DNA from: a virus
Direction: 5' to 3' (one strand)
Length of the DNA stretch: 64,000 nt
IMG/VR virus record: IMGVR_UViG_3300032315_000774
Span: 32,001 to 96,000 of that record
The stretch's first letter is position 1. Each line of letters begins with the position of its first letter. Positions 27,531 to 34,577 of the stretch are shown piece after piece. The notes beneath the pieces are model-generated. The model was not told the DNA's origin. It made no database searches and saw nothing but the letters and a program-made list of their open reading frames with translations. The translations under genes were made by a program, and so were the position numbers.

Positions 27531-29311
27531 GCGCGTGCCCACACCGGCAGCGGGAGCAGCTTCGTCGCGGCGATCTGCTGCGCGAGGTCTGCACGCACCG
27601 TGGTCGTGGTCGACGACATCGGCGCCGACTCCATGAGGCGAGCCAGCGTGCGAGGCAGCGCGTACGCGTCCTCGATCGATGCCTGCGTCAGCTCGAAGTA
27701 CGGCACACCCGTGACCTGCGCCGCGCTTCGCCAGTAGCTCGGAACGCCCTTCACGCGGACCACTGGCATGCACACCACCGGCACGCCCCACCGCGCCATC
27801 GCGCGCTCCCACTGATCACGCGAGAAGCCCTCTTCCTCGTCGCCGATGAGCATCATGACGACGTCACCGCTCGGTCGCGGCACGCCACAGAGCGCCCCGA
27901 AGATCGATGCGTGCGTCGTCCCACCGCTCACCGACAGACCCCGGAACGACAGCTCGATCTCCGCTGCGGACGGCCCGCGCAGCTCCACGATCCGCGCGGT
28001 CGTGTTGAACGCCACGACCGTCACCTTGTCGAGAGGCAACGCCGTCAGGATGCGCCGAAGCGTTTGCTTCGCGACCTCGATGGCGTTCTGCATGCTCGGC
28101 GAGATGTCGAGCACCATCACCACGTGGAGGTCGTGCAGCGCCTTCTCCGTCACCGTTCGAGCTGCCGCCGACGCAGCGGCCTCCAGCTTCGCCTGGACGT
28201 CGCTCCGCGTGACCCGCGTGGCGATGTTCGCCGCCCGCATGTCCTCCGATGCCTTCAGCGCCGCCTCCCATGCCGTCTTCACGACGGGCACGTCGAGCAC
28301 GCCCAGCTCTTCGAGCGTCGGCGTCAGGATGACCAGCTCCTTCGGCGAGACCCCGCCCGCCTGGACCGCCGCGACCATCACGGCACGCGTCAGCTGCTCG
28401 CTCTTGAGCGCACCCGTGAGCTGCCGCCACGACGGCCGCTCCGTCTGGATGCGCTCGCACACCTGGCGCTCGGTCAGGTCGTGCCACGACGCCAGCTTGT
28501 CCCAGGCGACGCCCACGGCCACCGTGCGCATGCCGACTGCATCGGGCGACTGCTTCCAGCGCAGCGCCTTGTAGAACGCCTCAGAGCCCTTGTAGCGGCT
28601 CAGCGACGCCAACCGCATGATCGAGCGGCGGAAGCCCGCGCGCACGAGCCCGGCCAGCATGCGCGGGTTGTCCGTCCGGTAGTCGAGCCAGCGGTGGATC
28701 GCCGCGTCCCAGCGCCCCTTGGTGCTGAACCCGGCACGCCGGTTGATCTCGCGCACCTTCGGCGTCATCAACAGCGCGTGCACCTGGAGGAGCATGCGCG
28801 GGTTGAAGTCGCGGTCCTTCGCGAGCGTCAGGATCATCGCCTCACCGACCGCACGGAAGTCGTCGTCTCGAACCTTCTCCCCTGCCAGCTCGATCGTCTG
28901 ACCGCTGCGCTCCTGCACCAGCATGAACGCCGCGAGCGCGATCTTGAGGTCGCGGTGCTCCTGCGCGAACGCCCACGAAGCCCACTTCGCGGCGAACAGC
29001 TGGTCGAGCTTGTAGACCTCGTAGATCTGCGTGTACACACGCTCGGCCGTCGCCTCGTGCACGCCAGGCTCGACGATTGACGCGACGCGGCGTGCACCCT
29101 GCACGACGTGCTTGCCATCGTCAGAGAGCTTCCCGAGGCTCACGTGGCGCTTCTTCTGCGAGATGTCGAATACCTCGCCGTCGGACTTGATCTTGATGGG
29201 CTTCCAGACGCCGCCCACGTCGACGCCAGGGCGCCCGTGGTACGTGTGTTGGGTGTCGGCGATGAGCGAGCGGATGATGCGATCCGCTGCGCTGAGTGCT
29301 GCGTTCTCCAT
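27527..29311 (-). CDS. large helical + vWA domain protein (possibly Ro60/TROVE-like)
   Basis: MIDAS DISPS, VVAFN, GGTT, IGDEE at the C-terminus; long alpha-helical N-terminal region. Confidence 0.75.
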   Translation of the reverse strand: MENAALSAADRIIRSLIADTQHTYHGRPGVDVGGVWKPIKIKSDGEVFDISQKKRHVSLGKLSDDGKHVVQGARRVASIVEPGVHEATAERVYTQIYEVYKLDQLFAAKWASWAFAQEHRDLKIALAAFMLVQERSGQTIELAGEKVRDDDFRAVGEAMILTLAKDRDFNPRMLLQVHALLMTPKVREINRRAGFSTKGRWDAAIHRWLDYRTDNPRMLAGLVRAGFRRSIMRLASLSRYKGSEAFYKALRWKQSPDAVGMRTVAVGVAWDKLASWHDLTERQVCERIQTERPSWRQLTGALKSEQLTRAVMVAAVQAGGVSPKELVILTPTLEELGVLDVPVVKTAWEAALKASEDMRAANIATRVTRSDVQAKLEAAASAAARTVTEKALHDLHVVMVLDISPSMQNAIEVAKQTLRRILTALPLDKVTVVAFNTTARIVELRGPSAAEIELSFRGLSVSGGTTHASIFGALCGVPRPSGDVVMMLIGDEEEGFSRDQWERAMARWGVPVVCMPVVRVKGVPSYWRSAAQVTGVPYFELTQASIEDAYALPRTLARLMESAPMSSTTTTVRADLAQQIAATKLLPLPVWARA

Positions 29312-30019
29312 GCCGCAGTCTCTACGTGAGACGCTTGCTGCCGTCAACACTACCGATACAAGAACATCATGCTTGATGTATCGGAATCGCCACCTCGGAC
29401 TCCCGTGCAGCTTCGTCCGCCCATGCCTTCATCGCTTCAACCGTTCGCTTGTCGAGGCCAGGAAATCCAACCTCCAGAATGACGCACGCCATGCCGCAGA
29501 AGAACATGTACGCTTCGGTCATGTCTTGCGACGCCATCGGGTCTTTGGGAGTCGCCTGAAGAGCCAGCCGCGCTGCTAACACGCGCCCCGCTGTGGCGTA
29601 GAACTCTTGCTCGATGTCCGTCGCCATGTGCCCGAGCTTCTGTCGGAGCGCGTCTCGCTCTTGTCGGAGCTGTTCAAGTTCGGTCCGAAGTTCTTGCTCG
29701 GTCATGTGCTTCTACTAGCACAGCTCGACAGCCATCCGCACCAGCAGTCGCTTGTCGTCTGCACGCAAGAACAGCTGCGCTGCTTCCAGCGGCAAGTTGC
29801 AGGCGATACACCGCATCTGACCAGAAGCCGCATCGGGCTCGTACACATAGAACGTGTACATGTACTTCGGCTTTGCGACTGACGGCTCCGACAGCAGAGA
29901 GGGGGACTTCGGCGCTGGTTTGCAGGCTTCGTCGAGAAGCTGACGATGCTTCTTGATCGCGTCCAGTATGTTCGGGTCGTCGTAAGCGACTTGCGCCTTG
30001 AACGCCCACGCTGGCTTGC

Positions 30020-30631
30020 TCATCGCGTTCGAACTCCTGACGCCACGATCTCCTGCTTGTACAGCGTACTATACTCAACGTGCATCGCGCCTGATTGAAA
30101 ATCAGTAAAGAGACCACAGGTGTGCACCAGCAGCCACCAGTTCTGGTCGCAGGCTTTGCTCCAGCGCTCTGTCATAGCTACCAGCTCTTCGTCGGTGAAG
30201 ATCCGATCGTCAATACGCCGGACTGTCGTTTCTTCCCAGTGCGCAAGGTTCACAACGACTGCTTGTCCTGCGAAAGCAGAACTGGTGCTGATGTGCTTGT
30301 ACCAAGGCTCGATCGTCTTCGTGACGTTGCGGACGTACGAAGTGTCGTTGTTGACCGTCGGATCGCGCATAGCCTCTAGCTTGCGTCGAGGAATCGGTGC
30401 GCCTCCGTATCGGATCGTCCACCCGCCGTAGTAGTACGGACAGTTCAGCTTCGCGGTATCAGCAGGAAGAACTGGAACCGGCGAAGGCATCGCGAGGTCA
30501 GGGATGTAGCGAGCGTACTCGTCGGCGAACGCTTGTGCGTTCGCCTGCAGCTCCAGCCACACACGGTGTGCCTCTTCTGCTCGGGCGAACACACCGAAGA
30601 ACTTTGCGTCAGGATCGATCTTGATCTGCAT
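30020..30631 (-). CDS. hypothetical protein
   Basis: 203-aa ORF heading a chain of overlapping ORFs (29715-30023, 29367-29705). Confidence 0.55.
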   Translation of the reverse strand: MQIKIDPDAKFFGVFARAEEAHRVWLELQANAQAFADEYARYIPDLAMPSPVPVLPADTAKLNCPYYYGGWTIRYGGAPIPRRKLEAMRDPTVNNDTSYVRNVTKTIEPWYKHISTSSAFAGQAVVVNLAHWEETTVRRIDDRIFTDEELVAMTERWSKACDQNWWLLVHTCGLFTDFQSGAMHVEYSTLYKQEIVASGVRTR

Positions 30632-30814
30632 GATCCGACTTTACCTTACCGACGAGGAAAAGTCTCACGCACTCGGATCAACATGCGAAGGCAGTCACAG
30701 CGTGCCACAAGAGAGACCCCTGCTCCTCGGAGCCGCACCCTGTGTCCATCAGTCTAGCCTTGTACACTCCTATGCTGGCTTCACAGGAGCAAGAACACGA
30801 AGACGGTCATTCTA

Positions 30815-30888
30815 TGCTCGGAGAGGGATTCGAACCCCCAACAACTAGATCCTGAATCTAGCGCGACTACCAGTTGCGCCACCCGAGC
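30815..30888 (-). tRNA. tRNA-Leu(CAG), short variable loop
   Basis: CTAGA-TTCAGGA-TCTAG. Confidence 0.9.
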
Positions 30889-30892
30889 GATG

Positions 30893-30966
30893 TGCTCACG
30901 AAGAGATTCGAACTCTTACAATGCGGTGTTTGAAGCCGCCACGTCTACCAGTTGCGTCACGTGAGC
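30893..30966 (-). tRNA. tRNA-Leu(CAA), short variable loop
   Basis: GCGGC-TTCAAAC-ACCGC. Confidence 0.85.
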
Positions 30967-30968
30967 GA

Positions 30969-31042
30969 TGCCTAGGAGAGGATTCGAACCTCCACGTTAC
31001 AGACCCTCAGTCTGCTGCGTCTACCAGTTGCGCCACCTAGGC
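30969..31042 (-). tRNA. tRNA-Leu(GAG), short variable loop
   Basis: GCAGA-CTGAGGG-TCTGT. Confidence 0.9.
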
Positions 31043-31189
31043 AACCTCACAGCGAGCGCTCGCTGTGAGTGACCGTGTGTGCAGTGTGCACTGCTCAGCG
31101 GCCAGGCGGTCTCCCCTGGCCTTGATGACGCGTCTCGAAGTACAGAGCTGGCGGACTGGATACCGCTCGGGTGTACTTGATCAACGTCA

Positions 31190-31236
31190 TCGGTAGACAC
31201 GATGTGTTTCGGCCTTCTGGCCATCTTCAGTACCGA
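31190..31236 (-). ncRNA. type I hammerhead ribozyme
   Basis: TCGGTA-CTGAAGA-T-GGCC(AGAA)GGCC-GAA-ACAC(ATC)GTGT-C-TACCGA: complete core, three stems, GUC site. Confidence 0.85.
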
Positions 31237-31237
31237 G

Positions 31238-31310
31238 TGGAGGTGACAGGGATCGAACCTGCGACATTCGGCTTGCAAAGCCGACGCTCTCCCAGCTGAG
31301 CTACACCCCC
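31238..31310 (-). tRNA. tRNA-Ala(TGC)
   Basis: Cloverleaf with G3.U70. Confidence 0.95.
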
Positions 31311-31315
31311 ATGTG

Positions 31316-31388
31316 TTACGAGGACAGGATTCGAACCTGCGACCCGAGTCTTGTAAGGACCCCGCTCTGCCAACTGAGCTACCCCGCA
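31316..31388 (-). tRNA. tRNA-Val(TAC)
   Basis: GGGTC-CTTACAA-GACTC. Confidence 0.9.
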
Positions 31389-31461
31389 TGACGAGAGCAG
31401 GCATCGAACCTGCGACCTCCGGCTTTTCAGACCAGCGCTCTACCAACTGAGCTATCTCGTC
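31389..31461 (-). tRNA. tRNA-Phe(GAA)
   Basis: CTGGT-CTGAAAA-GCCGG. Confidence 0.9.
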
Positions 31462-31467
31462 GATCTT

Positions 31468-31552
31468 CGGAACCAGGAGGGATCGAACCTCCGCACGCTT
31501 TCGCGTGGCTACGGTTTAGCAAACCGCCCTGTTACCTCTCCAGCATGGTTCC
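31468..31552 (-). tRNA. tRNA-Ser(GCT)
   Basis: Loop TTGCTAA, long variable arm. Confidence 0.9.
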
Positions 31553-31556
31553 ATGA

Positions 31557-31628
31557 CGCCGCGTAGGAGAATCGAACTCCTCTTAGTTCCGCAGACAACG
31601 GAGTGTACTCCCAGAGTACGAACGCGGC
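31557..31628 (-). tRNA. tRNA-Asp(GTC)
   Basis: Loop TTGTCTG. Confidence 0.85.
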
Positions 31629-31637
31629 AAGAGACAG

Positions 31638-31712
31638 GAGGTATGACGGGGCTCGAACCCGCTAAAGGCAGCTCCACAAGCTGCTGCTTCGACCGCTTCA
31701 GCTTCATACCTC
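31638..31712 (-). tRNA. tRNA-His(GTG)
   Basis: Loop TTGTGGA; encoded G-1:C73. Confidence 0.9.
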
Positions 31713-31716
31713 ACAC

Positions 31717-31788
31717 AGACGCCGACTGGACTTGAACCAGCATATACAAGGACTGCAGCCTTGCGCCTCACCATTCGGCCACAGCGTC
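31717..31788 (-). tRNA. tRNA-Cys(GCA)
   Basis: CAAGG-CTGCAGT-CCTTG; U73. Confidence 0.9.
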
Positions 31789-31799
31789 ATGAACCCTGA

Positions 31800-31872
31800 T
31801 CGAGGCGAGAGGATTCGAACCTCCGACCCTCTGCTCCCAAAGCAGATGCGCTACCAACTGCGCTACACCTCG
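31800..31872 (-). tRNA. tRNA-Pro(TGG)
   Basis: TCTGC-TTTGGGA-GCAGA. Confidence 0.95.
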
Positions 31873-31875
31873 AAG

Positions 31876-31949
31876 AACTCCTGACGGGATTCGAACCCGC
31901 GATTGCCGCCGTGAGAAGGCGGTGGCTTGAGCCGCTTGCCAACAGGAGC
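31876..31949 (-). tRNA. tRNA-Glu(CTC)
   Basis: CCGCC-TTCTCAC-GGCGG. Confidence 0.9.
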
Positions 31950-31957
31950 GAAGAACA

Positions 31958-32029
31958 CGGGCACATGAAGATTTGAACTCCAACTTCAGGGTTCGTAGCC
32001 CTGCGACCTATCCGTTAGTCGATGCGCCC
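31958..32029 (-). tRNA. tRNA-Arg(ACG)
   Basis: CAGGG-CTACGAA-CCCTG. Confidence 0.9.
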
Positions 32030-32033
32030 CATG

Positions 32034-32107
32034 TGTGACAAGCAGGAGTTGAACCTGCGACCTCATGCTTATCAGGCATGCGCTCTGACCACCTGAGCTA
32101 CTGTCAC
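32034..32107 (-). tRNA. tRNA-Ile(GAT)
   Basis: CATGC-CTGATAA-GCATG. Confidence 0.95.
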
Positions 32108-32115
32108 GTGCGAAC

Positions 32116-32188
32116 AGCGTGTGGCGAGGTTCGAACTCGCGACCTACGACTTGGAAGGACGTCGCTCTGCCAACTGAGCTACACACGC
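32116..32188 (-). tRNA. tRNA-Gly(TCC)
   Basis: Loop CTTCCAA; one mismatch in the anticodon stem. Confidence 0.85.
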
Positions 32189-32192
32189 GAAG

Positions 32193-32395
32193 CGCCTCTG
32201 ACGGGACTTGAACCCGCAAACGACTAGATGAGAGCAACCGTGAAGCCTCTCTCTTCTCTGCACCGCCTTGGAGAATGGCCTTCCCTAAGCTGAGCATGGA
32301 GACCCAGTTCGGTGAGCAATCGCAACCGTAGGGCAGTGCAGTTATGTCTCCACCTTCCGTTTTAGGTGAGCCTGTTCCATTTCGGCTTCAGAGGC
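32193..32395 (-). ncRNA. tRNA scaffold (acceptor, D and T arms) carrying a ~130-nt structured insert
   Basis: GCCTCTG/CAGAGGC, GCC-GAAATGGAACA-GGC, GCGGG-TTCAAGT-CCCGT; 152 nt between the D and T arms. Confidence 0.75.
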
Positions 32396-32397
32396 GA

Positions 32398-32464
32398 AAG
32401 CAGAGGATGGAATCGAACCATCGAGCAACGGCTTATGAGGCCGCGCAGCACCTTGCGCTCTGCT
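32398..32464 (-). tRNA. tRNA-Met/Ile2(CAT) with truncated D arm
   Basis: GCGGC-CTCATAA-GCCGT; only 67 nt. Confidence 0.75.
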
Positions 32465-32473
32465 ACGAGCACA

Positions 32474-32546
32474 CGCATGCGACAGGGATCGAACCTGCGA
32501 CCCTCGGCTTAGAAGGCCGACGCTCTTCCAGCTGAGCTACACATGC
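32474..32546 (-). tRNA. tRNA-Arg(TCT)
   Basis: TCGGC-CTTCTAA-GCCGA. Confidence 0.95.
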
Positions 32547-32549
32547 AAG

Positions 32550-32622
32550 AGCCTGCTACCGGAGTCGAACCGATGACCAGCTGTTTACAAAACAGCTGCT
32601 CTACCAACTGAGCTAAGCAGGC
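32550..32622 (-). tRNA. tRNA-Thr(TGT)
   Basis: GCTGT-TTTGTAA-ACAGC. Confidence 0.95.
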
Positions 32623-32628
32623 GAGAAG

Positions 32629-32701
32629 TACCCCCAAGGAGATTCGAACTCCTGTCGCCGGGGTGAAAACCCAGCATCCTTGGCCACTAGAAGATGGGGG
32701 C
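32629..32701 (-). tRNA. tRNA-Glu(TTC)
   Basis: CTGGG-TTTTCAC-CCCGG. Confidence 0.9.
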
Positions 32702-32706
32702 GCGCA

Positions 32707-32779
32707 TTGTCACACCAGGAGTCGAACCTGGAACCCGCAGATTCAGAATCTGCTGCTCTACCAGTTGAGCTATGTGACA
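32707..32779 (-). tRNA. tRNA-Gln(CTG)
   Basis: GCAGA-TTCTGAA-TCTGC. Confidence 0.9.
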
Positions 32780-32782
32780 TCA

Positions 32783-32867
32783 CGGAAGGTAAAGGGATCG
32801 AACCTCTGCAGACTTTCGCCTGTCACCGATTTTCAAGACCGGAGCCTTACCACTCGGCCAACCTTCC
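32783..32867 (-). tRNA. tRNA-Ser(TGA)
   Basis: Loop CTTGAAA, long variable arm. Confidence 0.9.
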
Positions 32868-32870
32868 AGA

Positions 32871-33120
32871 GCCGGAAAACGCACCGAGGCGTGAGCAAAA
32901 CGCTTCGATGCGTTTTCCGGCAGACACGAGAATCCTGTGAACACAACAGAGCTTTCAGCTGTCCACAATGATCCTCATCAACCGCTTCATGAAACGCGAA
33001 GTCTCGCTGTCGCACCACAACAGCGCCCAAGACACCAGTGGTGTCTTCTTGCTCCGTGCAGGAGCATGCTCCTTTGGGAGAGGAGCACGTTCAGAACTAC
33101 AACTATCTCGTTGCAGCCGT
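32871..33120 (-). ncRNA. hairpin-rich putative ncRNA within the tRNA cluster
   Basis: At least five short consecutive hairpins plus a ~21-bp stem at 32871-32921; no credible ORF. Confidence 0.5.
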
Positions 33121-33130
33121 CAAGTTTGCA

Positions 33131-33203
33131 TGGGAGCGATAGGAGTCGAACCTACAACCCGCAGTGTAAAAATCTGCTTCTCTACCAGTTGAGTTACGCT
33201 CCC
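33131..33203 (-). tRNA. tRNA-Lys(TTT)
   Basis: Loop TTTTTAC; A31.A39 mismatch. Confidence 0.85.
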
Positions 33204-33208
33204 GACAG

Positions 33209-33282
33209 TGGAGACGACAGGAATCGAACCTGCGTTTAGACGGGGTAAGAACCCGCTGCAACCCAGCTTTTGCTAAGTCTCC
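33209..33282 (-). tRNA. tRNA-Lys(CTT)
   Basis: GCGGG-TTCTTAC-CCCGT. Confidence 0.85.
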
Positions 33283-33285
33283 GAA

Positions 33286-33358
33286 CGAGGCGCACAGGAA
33301 TCGAACCTGCAACCCGCAGACTAACAATCTGCCGCTCTACCAGTTGAGCTAACGCCTC
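33286..33358 (-). tRNA. tRNA-Asn(GTT)
   Basis: GCAGA-TTGTTAG-TCTGC. Confidence 0.9.
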
Positions 33359-33387
33359 AAGAATGACTCGTCTTCGATTGTCAGAGA

Positions 33388-33473
33388 TGGAGCAGGAGGG
33401 AGTCGAACCCCAGCCTCGAAAGGCGGCCCGGTTTACAGCCGGGTTGAGCTACCAATGCCGCGTACCTTGCTCC
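33388..33473 (-). tRNA. tRNA-Tyr(GTA)
   Basis: CCCGG-CTGTAAA-CCGGG, variable arm. Confidence 0.85.
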
Positions 33474-33614
33474 AGAAACTCGAAGGGCCAGCCCACCGTC
33501 GTCCGGCGAGCTGGCCCTTCAAGGAAGGATCACACGCCGAACGCTACGACATCTGCTCGCCTGTGTCGCTCGCGTTCATGGGCCTGTTGTACCGAGGTCC
33601 GATGGCGCTGTCAA

Positions 33615-34577
33615 CTACTGCTGCATGAATCCGAAGATCTGCGGTCCGAAGCGGTCATTCGTCGGTGTGTGCGTCATGCTGGTCGCTGCACAGAACGTCA
33701 CGCCTCGCGGCGATGGACACGTCCACGTTCGACATCCTGCGTTCAGGCTTGGCGGTGTCACGACGCTTTCGCTCGCGCACCCGTACGCTGTGCGCAGCGA
33801 CTGCACGCGGCTCTCTGCCTGCGAGAACGACACCACCGTGTCCGCTGTCCCGTGGATCCATAGGACCGGCGTGTTGCATCCGCTCCATGTGCCGCTGCCA
33901 GGCACGTTCAAGACTGCTCCGCTCAAGATGCTCACGCTGCTGACATCAGCAGGCGCACCGCACGCATACCAGAGCGCAGCGCCTGCGCCACACGAACGCC
34001 CATACACAGCGATCGGCCCGGTCACGCACAGGTTGGTGCGAACGTCCGCGACGACCGCCGCCAAGAACGCCGTGTCCTCCGTCGACTGAGCCCAGCTCGT
34101 GGTCCCTGGACACGGTGTGCCACCAGAACGCGCGTCAGGGTAAACGAACACCCAGCTGTCGCTGACGCCTGCCGTGATCGACGCCTGCTCGACTTCAGGC
34201 GCGGCCCAGTCCTGCGGGCTGGACCAGGTCTGTGCGCGGAAGCTCGCGCCCGTCCAGCTGGCACCATGCAGGCCCAGTCCCACGCGTCGTGGGACGCTGT
34301 TCGTGGCGTCGTAGTCTGCGTCGACGCTGAGCACGTAGGAGCGCGTGACGCCACCGACCGTGAGCGATCGGCTGTAGGCGCGGCGGTCGCCTTCGAACGC
34401 GAACACCGTCCGTGGCGTGTAGCGTGGCGCCAGCGTGCGCCCACAGCCCGCTGGGAGCGTTCCAGCGTCGAGGGGCACCGTGGCGTCGAGAAGCGAACTT
34501 GTGGCGTCTGGACGCGGTACAGACGCGTCGCAGGGGCAGGTGCACAGCTGACCGAGGAGTAGGAGGGCGATGATCAT
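33615..34577 (-). CDS. secreted alpha/beta hydrolase (PHB-depolymerase / LpqC-like esterase)
   Basis: Signal-like N-terminus, LHG, VYPD, GRSCG elbow, WIHGTADTVV, C-terminal H. Confidence 0.8.
   Translation of the reverse strand: MIIALLLLGQLCTCPCDASVPRPDATSSLLDATVPLDAGTLPAGCGRTLAPRYTPRTVFAFEGDRRAYSRSLTVGGVTRSYVLSVDADYDATNSVPRRVGLGLHGASWTGASFRAQTWSSPQDWAAPEVEQASITAGVSDSWVFVYPDARSGGTPCPGTTSWAQSTEDTAFLAAVVADVRTNLCVTGPIAVYGRSCGAGAALWYACGAPADVSSVSILSGAVLNVPGSGTWSGCNTPVLWIHGTADTVVSFSQAESRVQSLRTAYGCASESVVTPPSLNAGCRTWTCPSPRGVTFCAATSMTHTPTNDRFGPQIFGFMQQ

Noticed and set aside
27413-29080. 555-aa plus-strand ORF, and similar long Arg-rich ORFs such as 31-1035 and 60964-62556
   Set aside because: Antisense or off-frame shadows of GC3-rich real genes
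30893-30966. Opal suppressor / tRNA-Sec reading of CTTCAAA
   Set aside because: Stem register centres the loop on CAA, the layout matches the two neighbouring Leu tRNAs, and there are no Sec-tRNA features
32193-32395. tmRNA or a canonical group I intron
   Set aside because: No G3.U70 Ala acceptor or tag ORF; too short, and no convincing P7 pairing
31021-33863. ORFs listed across the tRNA cluster
   Set aside because: They overlap clear tRNA cloverleaves and lack coding bias
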